Shown: positions 28,391 to 45,834 of the stretch, piece after piece
Layout: each line of letters begins with the position of its first letter
How positions within the stretch are numbered: the first letter of the stretch is position 1
Assembly: GCA_964016885.1 (NCBI GenBank)
Contig: OZ024744.1
Span: 38,006,001-38,070,000, forward strand
Reading direction: 5' to 3'
DNA from: Eledone cirrhosa
Lineage: Eukaryota
Length of the DNA: 64,000 nt
The notes under the pieces: model-generated
The model's database searches: none
Told to the model about the DNA's origin: nothing
The model's input: only the letters and a program-made list of their open reading frames with translations
Position numbers and translations under genes: made by a program

Positions 28391-28799
28391 GTAGACATTT
28401 GTCTGAAGAATTGTGGAAGAAATCAGTATGAGTCGATTAAATCGATCCTCAGAAGGATATAAGTCAAAGTTTACCTGGCTGGAATATAAACTGAAAACAT
28501 AAAGGTCCATAACTAAATACTGCATTTTTTTTCTAAGGATTCTGCCATCCGCCATCAGTAAATTACTGGTATTAACTTTATAAAACTAAGGGATAAATGT
28601 TAAATACAACAGTGTTGGGATTTGAGCAAAGAATTGTGAGATGCGGCATTCGATAGTGAAATTATCGAACTGTCACCTTACCACTCTTGCTATCTGAAAC
28701 TGTCTTTTATACACTTAAATATTGCTTTTAATGAGTACTCAACAAAAGCAGCGTTGTAATCGAGATTGTTCCTTGTTGTTGTTTATTGTTAGATGCTAC

Positions 28800-29070
28800 T
28801 CCCGTCGTCGCCGTCGTCAACATCGTCGTTGTCGTTGTTGTCGTCATTGTCGTCGTTGTTGTCGTAGTTGTCACCGTCGTTATCATCATGGTCGCGTCGT
28901 CACCACCGTTGTCGTCATCGTTGTCGTTGTCTTCCTCGTTATAGCCGGCGTCGTTGTTGTTGTCGTCGTTGTAATAATTGTCGTCGTTGTAAGTCGCCGT
29001 CATCGTCGTGGTTGTTGTCGTCGTCATTGTCGTTATCCTTGTTGTCATCGTCGTCCTGATCGTCGTTGTT
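28800..29070 (+). repeat. (GTC/GTT)n degenerate triplet tract
   Basis: Low complexity. Confidence 0.9.
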
Positions 29071-30857
29071 TTTGTTTAGCCAATGTTACTTCTGATCCTG
29101 CAGACAATTCCAACTTTCCCCACAAACAAAATATTTCTAGAAATTGTGTGATATCATCCATCCCTAGTAGTTTAAGAAGTGTTAAAGAAATGGGAGTTAA
29201 TTCATTGCCGCTCAATAATTAAAATATAAAGTTCCCTCAGTTCAACGTTAAAGAATTGTAGGAAATCAAAATAGTTGTTCTAACATTGAAAGCATTAACA
29301 ACAACGAGACAACGAAGTAGATTTAACTTAGAATAGAAATAGTTATTCTATATTCGTCGACTAATGGCTCACTTGCTCTATATTTATCACTACATATATA
29401 TCTATTTGACCAGGCACAAAAAAAAAAAAAAAAAACATTTTGTCAAAGGAGAAATACATCGTTACACACTGGATGGGTGTCTCAGTTGGGCAAGTGATTT
29501 AACATTAAATCCACATTGCTTGTATGAAAAGAATATTGACTTCTTTAGCTCGAGATAAAAGTCAAATAGACCTTACAGCCTTGGCTAAGAAGTCCTTGGT
29601 ACAAAGCTAAAAAGAGTCATTATGAATTAATCAAATTCAATTTATTACGGGAATTTATTCCACCAAAGCATTGAACGATGGAAAGCATAGTTTAAGTTCG
29701 ATAGGGTTTGAAATAGAACTCGAAATAAATTCATTAGATAAGGTTATTTCAGTTACCCTGCATTACTGAAAATATTCTTGTATCGTATCGATGAGCTGGC
29801 ATAAAGAAGAGAAAAACATTATATTTTATATTTTACGTTTTTACACTTTTACAAGGCCGTTGTTGTTGAATTCATTTTTATTTTCACGGGATCAATTTAA
29901 ATAAGTGGCCTTTCTATATTGGTGCTGTTTCAATTAACATAAATCTGTTTATAATTAATACTTGCGCCTAATCAAAATGTGTTAGAATTTAAGAGAATAT
30001 TCACCAAGTCTGTTTCTTTCAATGGCGCCTCAAAGGAAGAATGGGGATATCAACAATGAGTGGATTATATTACAGCGAGAAGAAAGTTTAGCATGTACAA
30101 TTAATGTTGAATTTGAAGAATCAGACATGAAATTTAAAGAACAACAAAAAATACTAAAAACAATTGTTACAATTAATTAATTAATTATTTGAACAAATTA
30201 CTCTTAAAATGTTTTCTAATTATATGTCAAGCATTAAATAACGATAGCATATAAATACAAGATAACGAACTGGAATGGCTCTTCCAGCGCGTCGCCCTCA
30301 CCATCCTTAGGGGAAACGCCTTTTCTATCCTGTCTGCGGGGGCCGCGGCGGCAGCGGGGCGGCCAGCTCGCGAACCCCCATTTGCTCACAGTAGTGGAAG
30401 ATGGGGAGAGCGGAATGAGCGGAGGCAGTGACAGTGGGAGTTTGGTTCCATTGTGTTCGAACCTGGTGTATATATTTATTTACCACATTAATACTTCACA
30501 TACATTTCAGTTTAAAGCTGCGTCTTCCTGCCTTGTGTTCAGACCTGGTGTACATATGTGTATATAAGAGTGAATGAGTCTTTCCCACTACAATATTAGT
30601 TGATAACAAATCAACAACTAAGACCCGTTTAAGGTAATATGCAACATTAGTAATAACAAAAGCAGCAACAACACAACCATTTGTTTAGCTTTTGTAAATA
30701 AACATGAAAGAAAAGCTGTCTGAAGACCTACATGGAATTAAATTATTTTAATCATTTATGTTTTTAATCTAATAGGTGCAGGTAAGATTAAGGGTTGAAA
30801 AGGTTCACTTTGCAATCATCAGTCAACCCAAGCTTCGTGAGTGATATTGGGTAGACG

Positions 30858-31024
30858 CAGGGCCTATGAGAGGAGGGCTTCCAGTGAGTACTTTGTTCCG
30901 GGGCCCAAGAGCTAAGAAGGCCCCGCAGCAACCACGCAACATACATTTTGAGAAAAATCTTTGCCTGCTTCGGGACCCAAAGGAGTTTTTGTACCACCTT
31001 ACAAAATTTCTCGTGGAGACCCTG
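30858..31024. mobile_element. hAT-type MITE
   Basis: Ends cagggcct.. and ..agaccctg. 8-bp TSD ggtagacg/ggtagacc (30850-30857, 31025-31032). Confidence 0.7.
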
Positions 31025-32089
31025 GGTAGACCGTTGGATGGATTGTACCTGTAAATCAAAGATACAGCCTTATCACAAGTGTCATAACGATTTTTTCTTT
31101 ATGTCTGTCGAATACTCAACCAAATCAACGGTAACTCGTGGGATTAGACGTTCTGATGATCGAACGACTGAATACAGATCCTGGTTACTGATGCAGGATC
31201 CATTTTAATCATAATTTTTTATCATTGCGGTATAAAAAATATATTCGGAATTACTTCTAGTGTGATGTAATGTGATGGTCCCGTAACTTCTGTCGTAGAG
31301 GCACCGAGTGGCATACAGTGTTTCTTGAGCATTTTAAGCATGGTGGAGCCCATCCCTCTCCATGTCAGAACACAGCAGATTTTTTTTTCAGAGAAAGATT
31401 GAGAGTGAGAGTAAGAAAGTGTAAAAGAGATATAGTGGAAGAATCAACCCAGTATAGGACGGATACTTTTTATCGACGTCGAAAGGATGAAATGCAAAAT
31501 TAATCTCGGTGGGATTTTAACTCAGACAGAAGAGAGCCTGAAAGAATACTGCATTCTATTCGACATTCTAACGACTGCCAATTTACCGCCCAAAATATGA
31601 TCTGTATCTTGTATAAAATATTTAGTCTCATATTCATTTAACAGATATATAGTAGATTGCTATGGCATTGCAGACCACTAAATGTATCTGGCGCTGTGGC
31701 TTTTATCATAATCTGGTCGTGCTGGTTGCAAGAATATACCTGACTCGCTCCCTCAAGTAATTCTCGACATATATGTACATATATGGCCGACCGAGCTTGG
31801 TAGGTCCATCGCTGACAACTTTCTTTCTGTTTTTCATTAGCCGCTGAGTGGTTGATGTTTTACTGCCATGTAATAGCAAGATATTGACAGTATAAATGTA
31901 TTCTTGAGTTTTATATCGAATAATAATAATATTCGATTCGTGTGCAAGCAAACAGCCTCACAACGTTATTTGTTTTAGACGACCTGTCACCGCTAGAACA
32001 AAAGGATTACGATGGTCGTCTAAAACACATAGGTAATGAGGCTGTTTGCTTGTAAACGAATCAAATGTTATTATTATTCGATATAAAGA

Positions 32090-32495
32090 GCAGTGGATTG
32101 GTAGAATAGGTAGAATGTTTGAGACAATATTTTGCAGCTTTTATTCCGGCTCTTTTTCCTGAGTTCAAATCCCGGCAAGGTCCTACTTTGCCTTTCATCC
32201 TTTCGGGGTCGATAAAATGAAGTATCTGTCACGTACTGGGGTCGATGTGATGACCTTTACACTCCCCACAAATGTTTGACCTTGTGCCTAAATGAGAAAC
32301 CATTATTTCGATATAGGCACAAGGCCAGCAAATAGCCAGTGCATTACTGGTACTTTATTTTATCGACCCCGTAAGGATGAAAGGCAAAGTTAATCCCGCC
32401 GAGGTTAACTTTGCCTTTCATCCTTACGGGGTCGATAAAATAAAGTACCAGTAATGCACTGGGTATTTGCTGGCCTTGTGCCTAACGTAGAAACA
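32090..32495. mobile_element. SINE (+, ~32090-32301) followed by a head-to-head SINE 3'-half palindrome (32314-32495), inside a foldback element (~31885-32530)
   Basis: About 80-bp inverted SINE arms, with the direct repeat attatttcgatata at 32302-32315 and 32496-32509. Confidence 0.8.
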
Positions 32496-32959
32496 ATTAT
32501 TTCGATATAAAACTTACGAATGCATTTACGTATCCGCTATGTTAGAGCGAAACTAATTTTGACAATATAAATATTATAGTGATTCCAACCGTGTCAAAAC
32601 GCTGGCATTTATTCAGACGTAGTGTATTTACAACTCACATTATAAGAACGGTAGTGTGAGATTTTAGAGACATTCGGCAGCTATTTCTAGCTCATAAAGT
32701 TATGTGTCTGTATAAGCATGTATCCGTATATTCTATAAGTTATGTGTCTGTATAAGTATCTATCCGTATATTAGATGCGCGGGTCGGTATCTCAGGAGAC
32801 ATATTTTACGTGAGTAAGGCATTGCGTGTGACTTGATAAATCACTACAACTACATTTACTTTCTAAGAGTTGTTGGGTTATTAGATTACTTCACAACTTC
32901 CGGTAAATGATACCTATGTTCTGTCATCATTTATTCCACTCAAGCAATATTACAACAGG

Positions 32960-33183
<224 letters not shown>

Positions 33184-33202
33184 CATCCTCTCTCTCCATA
33201 TA

Positions 33203-33319
<117 letters not shown>

Positions 33320-33449
33320 TCCTCATCATGGTGTAACCGCCGTTTTCCCCGATAGCAAGGTTTGATACACACACTCATAAGCAGGCGTGTGCGTACACCC
33401 AAACGCACAGAAAAGCGCGCGAGTGTACGTACATACGCCCACACTATGT

Positions 33450-36604
<3,155 letters not shown>

Positions 36605-36645
36605 CGAAACATAAGTCAATTGCATGAACTCATAATCCTTTATTT

Positions 36646-36701
36646 ACTGCTTTATATATTTCGATGATAGCCATTGCATGGCTATGACCTCATCAGGCAG
36701 T
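36646..36701 (-). ncRNA. Hammerhead family E; second copy at 38471-38525 (-)
   Basis: actgc-CTGATGA-ggtc atagcca..tggctat catc-GAAA-tatata-AA-gcagt and actgc-CTGAAGA-ggtc acagcca..tggctgt cacc-GAAA-tatata-TA-acagt. Stem II covaries, and each copy has one defect. Confidence 0.7.
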
Positions 36702-36863
36702 TAGTCAGTTCTTAGATATGCCAACTCTGTGCTTATAGTGTTGATGCCATCAGAGCCTTGGGACATATATATATATATGTGTGTATGTGTGTGTTTGTGT
36801 GTGTTTGTATTTGTGTGTATATATACACACACACACACACACACATATATCTATATATATATA

Positions 36864-38247
36864 CAATATATTAATAAATGGAAACTATATTTATAAAACC
36901 ATAATTATTTTATTAAATATATTTCAAAGGCGACCAAGCCATCTTGGTGCGCTTTCATCAGATAAAATTCGCTGGATAGTGAACATTTATTAAAGGATAA
37001 TTTTAGGTTTTAATTATATTTTCTGAATAATTTTAGGTTTTTAATTACTTTTAAACACTTTTTAAATGTTTTTTAAGAGGTTTTTGAGTATCTTCTGAGG
37101 TTTTTTGAGATCTTTTAAAAATCTCTTTGAAAGTTTTTCCAGAAATTTTCCAGAATTTTGTCTAGAATTTTTTCATATTTTATAATCTTAATATTTTAAG
37201 GTTTTTAATATTTTCTTATACTTTTAATAATTTTTAATTTTTTAATTATTTAATATCAGAGTTATAACCAATAACTAACTCTGGCTAAATATATCTTTAA
37301 ACATATCTTTGTCAAAATTATCTCATAATAACTAATAAATAAACAAAACTGGGATTTTCAATATTTTTCCAATGTAAAACATTAAAAACATAAAACATAA
37401 AAACATTAAAAGTAATCTTATTAACCCAGTTAATTTAATTTAATTTAATTCAATGTAAATACTTACACTAAATATAAACTAGTATCCCTCATAATCTATC
37501 ATATATAACATGATATACCCATCTATCCACTCATATATCTATCCTTATATATATATCCTTATATCTATATTTTATCCTATGCTTCTACTTTATGTCTATT
37601 TATTTTAAATCTATTTTTAATATATTTTAATATAACTTTATATTTATTTTTTCTATATATCTAATTTTCTATATACTTATAATAGTAAATAAATATTTAT
37701 TATAATAGAATTCTAACAATTATTAGTAAATATACGTAACATAAATATGTAACATAAACAAGTCTTATTTATGCTATATGAGCTCATCCTCGGATAATCT
37801 TCTTTCTTCGCTCTTTATTCACTCTATTTCTTCACTCTATTTCTACATATACTAATATTTTACTTTACACTCTCTTCTTCCCACAGCGTAATTTAAATAA
37901 ACGGTTGTTTTTTTTTCAATTTTTCGGACAATCATTTGCATATTCACACATAACTTTGAATTACCCTTAATCAATTTTCATTATCCAATGAATTTTCAAC
38001 CGTCAAGGTTGTTTTCCATGGTTATGTCACTATTTATGAAACAAATTTTGTATTTTATCTGATGAAAGCGCACCAAGATTGGTTTGGTCGCTCTTGAAAT
38101 ATATATAATAAAATAATTATGGTTTTATAAATATAGTCTCCATTTATTAATATATTGAACATTTACTCCAATAAACTGTTGAGTGCTCTATAGCAGTTAT
38201 AAACTTTTAAGTTTGTTGGAATCCCAACAAATTAAATATAAGTTCTA
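36864..38247. mobile_element. ORF-less PLE2-family derivative with inverted pLTRs (hammerheads at 36907-36968 - and 38051-38115 +)
   Basis: 38051 reads tattttat-CTGATGA-aagcg..cgctctt-GAAA-tatata-TA-ataaaata. The ends are inverted homologues, the interior is AT-rich and (TA)n flanks it. Confidence 0.82.
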
Positions 38248-38277
38248 CATATATATATCTGTGTGTGTGTATATATT

Positions 38278-38315
<38 letters not shown>

Positions 38316-38336
38316 CATATACATATATATATATAC

Positions 38337-38426
<90 letters not shown>

Positions 38427-38983
38427 AAGTAAAATAAAAAGTCAATCTTTAAAATTTAGCTTCGTTTATTACTGTTATATATATTTCGGTGACAGCCATC
38501 TTTGGCTGTGACCTCTTCAGGCAGTCCGAATTAGTGTCGTATAGACAAGTACATATGTTGTTGAGGTGTATAATTTTGTCAATACTCTGATATGCCCAGT
38601 TCCTGGTTGGGTTGTTATTTCACTGAGGAACTGGAATCATATTTATTTTACATTACTCCGGAGTAACCAAACCAACCTGCGCACTCGTCAAGTGCTTCAG
38701 CCTGCATACTCAGGTGTTGGTATACAACCAACATATACTCAAAATCTCTATATATATATATTTATTAAAATAACAGATTAAATTTTAGCAAAGAATCGCT
38801 GCTTTCACCCTTAACGGGATCTTCTGAAACTAACAAAGTCAATCAGTGAACGCACAAGTCAATATTTCAAAAAACGTTGCAACCGGATGAAGACAGGAAG
38901 ACGATACTTTGGTTCGTGGAAACGTTCCCTGGCAAAGAACGGGAAAAAACGAATATAATACGTCATTATTTGGAGCGGTGAAA

Positions 38984-39138
38984 GGACGCCGTGCTTGGAC
39001 GCATAGAGTTACGGCCCTTGCCATTCTGAGTTCAAATCCCGCCGAAGTTAACTTTGCCTTTCATCCTTACGGGGTCGATAAAGTAAAGTACCAGTAATGA
39101 ACTGGGTAATTGATGGTCTTGTGCTAAAAGTAGAAACA
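38984..39138 (+). mobile_element. 5'-truncated SINE with 19-bp TSD
   Basis: attatttggagcggtgaaa at 38965-38983 and 39139-39157. Confidence 0.88.
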
Positions 39139-39385
39139 ATTATTTGGAGCGGTGAAAAACAATTACACTCAAAGACAGAACCACGTTTATGGTATAAAAG
39201 AAGTCGTAATAAATATTTGCTCTACGGTTCTTATATATTTGGATTCTAGTCTTCAAATTTATTATTATTACTATTATTATTATCCTGCCTAGGTTGACTT
39301 TGCCTTTCATCCTTACGGGGTCGATAAAATAAAGTACCTACCAGTAATGCACTGGGATAATTGCTGGCCTTGTGCCTAAAGTAGA

Positions 39386-39437
<52 letters not shown>

Positions 39438-39681
39438 GTATATATATATAAATATACATATATATATATATATAAATATACATAAATCATGTCTTTAGAA
39501 TCATCAGATAAAATATATACTTTATCTGATGATTCTAAAGACATGATTTATGATATATTGTTCTGATTTTTTAATTTATTAATTCTTCATAGAGCTTAAA
39601 AGTGACCAGTTGCAACATGTATATATCTATAACTTTATGTATATGTTAACCTTTATATAAATATACATATATATATATAAG

Positions 39682-39768
<87 letters not shown>

Positions 39769-40429
39769 TAAATTTCTTTAAGTCGTTTGGAAGCCTCGAC
39801 AATGCAAATGGGTAAATCTCCGGGTAACAAGATCCGGTGGCGGGAGAGATGTAAGTGGGTGTACGTTAAGATGCGTGGCGTGTATAAGACGTGTAGAGGA
39901 ATGAAGAAAAGAGCATAAAGGATAAAATTAAAATAACAACACGAGAGAGAGTTACCTTGGGAGAGATTTAATTGTCCCTATATATTTCGGATTCACATCC
40001 ATCAACTGGGTTTTTTTTCCGGGGTGGTGGAAAGGTTGTCTGTCGGAATGGTGCGAAACGCGGTTCCGCTGTTCATTGTTTTTAATATCTTTAGACCGCA
40101 AGGGATATATAAATGCAAGTTTGAAGTCAATCGGAGTAGAAATGTGGATTTGTATAGACTTTGCAAAAATGAGGACACACACACACAGACAACTACAGTT
40201 TTATATATATGTATAGATTATCTATAATATATAATATATAATATATAATATACATAATATATTTGTTGGTTGGTTCCTCCGCGCATCACACAAAAACAAA
40301 AAGTGACAATTTAAAAGTAAGGACAGCAATGGAATAAGGGTATACCCAGGAAGGTTTAATGATACTAATTTTATTACATCAAAGAAGAAAAACATCCCTG
40401 GTATGCTAACCAACCTAAGTGTTATTTCT

Positions 40430-40605
40430 ACCATAAGAGTAGAGCCCATATTCAGAGTCTCAAAGTTGTAGAATTGAATACAAGAGAATCGCTTTTTAGC
40501 CATGGACAGTTATATGTAGGTTGTTCACGAGTGGGAAACATAGAAATCTTCATATACTATGCACGAATGGTAAAATGAGGAATCTGGTGTATCTGGAAGA
40601 TTTTT
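40430..40605 (+). pseudogene. Helitron/Pif1-type helicase C-terminal relic
   Basis: Translates as QSLKVVELNTRESLFSHGQLYVGCSRVG, then ..MRNLVY, matching the Pif1 motif V-VI pattern FSHGQLYVAxSRV. Confidence 0.75.
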
Positions 40606-40825
40606 TACTGTTTTTGTTTGTTACACACTCACACACATACACACACGTACACCCCCCCCCCACACACACACACACAAATAGTGTATATAGTGTATAGGTA
40701 TATATTATATATGATATATAAATATACATATATGTCTATATACGTGTGTGTATATCTATCTATCTACCTCTCTTTCTCTCGATATATATATATATATAGC
40801 TTCGATCATGCTGTACTAAATTTTG

Positions 40826-40947
<122 letters not shown>

Positions 40948-41051
40948 ATATAGAGAATATATATAGAGAGAGAGATAGATAGATAAATAGATAGATATAC
41001 ACACACGTATATATACATATATGTATATTTATATATCATATATAATATATA

Positions 41052-41088
<37 letters not shown>

Positions 41089-41090
<2 letters not shown>

Positions 41091-41697
41091 TGGCTGCCAA
41101 CTCGTTTTCGAGTACGGCCACTACTTTATATCCATGTAGGAGAACCCCTACCGATGCGCTGAACGAGTGTGAATTTTTAGTCCAATCAGCGACTTGAAAA
41201 CTCTGGTAAGTACAAACGCTACACTTGTGACAATTATTGACACATAGTGCTGGGCCCATGGTACCATGTGACGACAAGTGCAGAGAGATCTCCAGATATA
41301 AAGCAATGCCTGTGCCGTGAAGCTTTTATAGTGAGGAAAGGCACTGCACAAAGCCAGTCCCACTCTCTTAACCAAGATGATATTTACCAAAAAGAAGAAC
41401 AAGTCAACATCATTGGATACCATCAGGGTTGCAGGTGTTATATCAGAGTTTTCCTTCGCCTAGAATTCTGCCTTGACAAAGGCTAAGGGGTCATCTCTCC
41501 CGGTGATTTTGGATGGCTATTGACTCTTAAGAGCTCCGTTGCCCTTTGACAGGTTTTGTTTTTAGTCCTGCAGGATGTCCAAAGTCACCCTCCTCACCAA
41601 AAAACTTTGGAGGGGTTGCCAGTTTAGTCGCCAACGACTCGACCATGAGACAGGTTGTACTGGGATACATGTTACCAGTAGCACCAACTGGTGACCT

Positions 41698-41700
<3 letters not shown>
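41089..41700. mobile_element. About 610-bp unclassified element inserted in (TA)n, copy 2
   Basis: Matches 19015-19622 end to end. Confidence 0.85.
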
Positions 41701-41736
<36 letters not shown>

Positions 41737-41977
41737 AAACGAAAAATCAGTGATGCATCTGGACTCAGTTTATTGTGTGTTACAAATGTTTCACTGGCAG
41801 ATAGCTCGAGACAGGGTCATTGTATGGATCTGTCTGATTCTGGAACTGCAGATTCTTCGGACACATGCAATACTTTCGGAACAAACTTTCTCACTGGGGT
41901 GTTAACTTCAAAAAACATCTTCCTCCCTTGTCTTGCTATTGGCTGTTGTTTTTCTATAAATTCTGGTCAATATTTGC

Positions 41978-42128
41978 TATGCTTTCCAGCATAGTTACGT
42001 CCCTTTACGATCTGATTTCAAATCCCGCCGAGGTTGACTTTGCCTTTCATCCTTACGGGGTCGATAAAATAAAGTACCAGTAATGAACTGTAAAAGAGCT
42101 GGCCTTGTGCCTAAATTAGAAACAAATA
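41978..42128 (+). mobile_element. SINE, 5' truncated
   Basis: Core and tail of the window's SINE family. Confidence 0.85.
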
Positions 42129-43063
42129 TTTGCTGCCAAACTGTCCATCAGCTACTCTCCTTCCGACACACTTCAATGGAGTCATGCTGGGTTTGGTATT
42201 TCACAAGTCCGTTCACACACACATATATACTCACACATACACACACACACACATATATACACATACACATACACACACACGCGCACACGTACATATATAC
42301 GCATACACATATGTACACACACATATATACGAATATACACCCGCATACATATACATACACACTCTCTCTCTCACACACACGCACCCACACACGCCCACGA
42401 CCATATACATACCAACATACACGTCCACAGGCGCCTGCCTATATGGCCTCCTACATCCGCTCTCACACGCACGCACACGCGCATACACAACCACACACAC
42501 GTACACGCATACAAGGACACATACCTGCGTACGCGTACATTTGCTTATATACACAAACACGTACAGACATATACATAGACACACATGCGCACATATACAC
42601 GCCTGTCTTTATAGAGAGGCACAAAGAGAGACACGCTCCCATAGACACATACACATACACACATATATACATACATATATATATCTACATATATGCGTAT
42701 GCATACGGACACAACATACTCACAAACAATCCCTACCATATGTAGGTGCACCTACACACACATACACAGACAGCCCCCACCCCCCAACACACACATGCAC
42801 TGGCTCATATAGATTTTAACAAATACGCGCCCAATTACCTCCGTATCCACGTACATCCACAGAGACACACACACGCACACATGTTTATATCTCTGTTCGT
42901 GTCCCAATGTGATATACTCACAGTCATATACATCTGCACAAAACGTCATACAGGGTCATCCATGGAAGGATGCATCCTGTTATACATACACAAATATAAA
43001 CCATGTAACCATACACATATGTCCATACACATACATGCATCGTATATCATTGTTAAACACATA

Positions 43064-43110
<47 letters not shown>

Positions 43111-43116
<6 letters not shown>

Positions 43117-44333
43117 TGAAACAAAATGAAAACGAAATTTCATTTCTCACTCTTAGTATGGCACTTACTTAAATGTAAGTATGCATGTATACGTACATAC
43201 ATATATGTATACAGACGTACAGTAGCATGCACATATATATATATATATATACATATATACATACATATGCATACAGGTACACATACATATATGCACGTAT
43301 CAGTTTAGCGGCGCTAACGTCGCTTTGTTCGTTTGTCAACAAACTGAACAGCCTGAATTTATGCCATACGGTGTTAAGGCAACCACGTCACCTTTTTGTT
43401 CAACACTGACACAGGAACGATGTACTAGTTTCAAGCTTGTTAGCTATCATCAGCACCGTTTACCCATCTGCCAGATAGTTGAACGTTCGAAAGTATATAC
43501 TTTCCTTATGAAAATTAACGGCTGAGTAGCCTAATTTGCATATAGAGTGAGTTAAATCGGTCAGGCATACCGAAAACGATAAATTGAAACAAAATGAAAA
43601 CAGCTTGAAACTAGTACATCGTTCCTGTGTCAGTGTTGAACAAAAAGGTGACGTGGTTGCCTTAACACCGTATGGCATAAATTCAGGCTGTTCAGTTTGT
43701 TTACAAACGAACAAAGCGACGTTAGCGCCGCTAAACTGATACGTGCATATATGTATGTGTACCTGTATGCATATGTATGTATATATGTATATATATATAT
43801 ATATATGTGCATGCTACTGTACGTCTGTATACATATATGTATGTACGTATACATGCATACTTACATTTAAGTAAGTGCCATACTAAGAGTGAGAAATGAA
43901 ATTTCGTTTTCATTTTGTTTCAATTTATCGTTTTCGGTATGCCTGACCGATTTAACTCACTCAATATGCAAATTAGGCTACTCAGCCGTTAATTTTCATA
44001 AGGAAAGCATATACTTTCGAACGTTCAACTATCTGGCAGATGGGTAAACGGTGCTGATGATAGCTAACAAGCTTGAAACTAGTACATCGTTCCTGTGTCA
44101 GTGTTGAACAAAAAGGTGACGTGGTTGCCTTAACACCGTATGGCATAAATTCAGGCTGTTCAGTTTGTTTACAAACGAACAAAGCGACGTTAGCGCACTA
44201 AACTGATACGTGCATATATGTATGTGTACCTGTATGCATATGTATGTATATATGTATATATATATATATATATATGTGCATGCTACTGTACGTCTGTATA
44301 CATATATGTATGTACGTATACATGCATACTTAC

Positions 44334-44337
<4 letters not shown>
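43111..44337. mobile_element. Retrozyme-like 468-bp unit: about 1.05 copies (- sense) head-to-head with about 1.6 copies (+ sense), in (TA)n
   Basis: ataaattgaaacaaaatgaaaac at 43111 and 43579. Inverted from ~43601. No real ORF. Confidence 0.88.
44047..44091 (+). ncRNA. Type I hammerhead (468-bp unit); copy at 43416-43460 (-)
   Basis: aacggtg-CTGATGA-t agct aaca agct t-GAAA-ctag-TA-catcgtt. Stem I is extendable (tggca/tgtca, ttcaac/gttgaa). Confidence 0.9.
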
Positions 44338-44415
<78 letters not shown>

Positions 44416-44613
44416 AACAATGATATGGACAAGGTGTTTGTTAAATTTTCATTACAATTATTGAGCTGCGACGGGCGTTTCGCTACTGATCAGCAGAGGG
44501 TTCGATCTGTATGGTAAAGACAGAATCCTTCCCTTACATATTTGAATGTGAGGGTAACAATACAGGTAAAAGAAGTTGAAAATGCAGTTGGAGTCCTTAA
44601 GAATTTATTTACA

Positions 44614-44645
44614 ACTAGCTGCGGTACCCAGCTTTGCCCGGGTAA
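44614..44645 (-). mobile_element. Helitron-like 3' terminus
   Basis: Reverse strand has the hairpin tacccgggcaaagctgggta followed by ..CTAG-T. Confidence 0.5.
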
Positions 44646-45689
44646 ACAGATAATAAGAGAATACCAGTAGAAGCGAAAATGGCTGTATTGGATGCATTGT
44701 CTGGTTTTCAGACGAAACCATGGTGTGTGTGTCTGTCAAATGTTTTACGTATTATATACGTACATATTTTGTATACATGAGGTTATTTTTCCACAATTAG
44801 AACATTACCAACGTTTCCTAACAACTGTCCATATTTGTGTGTACATTTTTGAGTGCATATATATCTGTGTATATGTTTGTGTATGTATTTATGTTTATAT
44901 CTGTGTTTAATTATGTGTATGTATTTATGTTCCTGACCGTTTTTCTATATAGACGCAAATACACTTATGTGAGAAAGTATCCGTCTACGTACTTTTTAGT
45001 AATATGCGCGTAGGTGAATGTGTGTATGTTTACGTTCTGGATATTTATATTTTTATATATATATTTGTATATATATATATATATTTTTTTTTTTTTTCCC
45101 CTTTTTCCTTTTCGCCCGTGCTTTTCAGCCTCACTTTCATATTTCCTAAATTTTGTTTTCAAATCCATATTTAATAAATACACCATGTTTTTTTTATTCA
45201 TTCTGACGACTGAAACAGACGCAACATCTGTCTTCAAGAAACCACTGGTAAATGAAATAATTATCTTATGTTGTTTATTACATAACAAATAAGGTCTGTA
45301 GCCTACATAGAGCACTCTTTTTTCCTGAACCTTTCTGACAGAAATACTTCATTTATATATATATATAAACACATACATATAATTGTATACATATGCACAT
45401 ACTCACACACAGACACAGACACACACACACAACCACACACACACGTGTAATTAAATGTGATTATATATATATATATATATACACATATATATATATACAT
45501 ATATATATATATACATAAATATATATATACATAAATATATATATATATATATTAGAAAGTGAGGTTTTTTTTACAAAATGAAAAATAACCGAGGTGTCCT
45601 ACACGAGTGAAAGTATAAAGAAAAAAAGATGAAATCGAAAATGCAACTGGAGTCTTATTTTTTAAAATATATATATATTTATTTGGTTC

Positions 45690-45725
45690 CTTTACCGGTT
45701 TCGCAGTTCTTCTGCTTTTCAAAAG
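45690..45725 (-). ncRNA. Candidate hammerhead with U3-A8 core
   Basis: ctt-TTGAAAA-gcag aagaa ctgc-GAAA-ccgg-TA-aag; stem I is short. Confidence 0.5.
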
Positions 45726-45797
45726 TAGTCTGAGGGTCTGTGGTTTTTCTTACATCAGATGTGAGAAAAACCACAGACCCTCCATATATATATACAT

Positions 45798-45832
<35 letters not shown>

Positions 45833-45834
45833 TA

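Noticed and set aside
30790-31170. CTGATGA hits at ~30815-30821 (-) and ~31153 (+); also ~16561, ~17140, ~45202, ~47489
   Set aside because: They lack a correctly placed GAAA/stem III/NUH or stem pairing, so they are chance matches or too decayed.
36864-38247. DNA transposon/MITE reading of the inverted ends
   Set aside because: The inverted ends are unequal, ragged pLTR fragments with hammerheads, homologous to PLE2, not true TIRs with a TSD.
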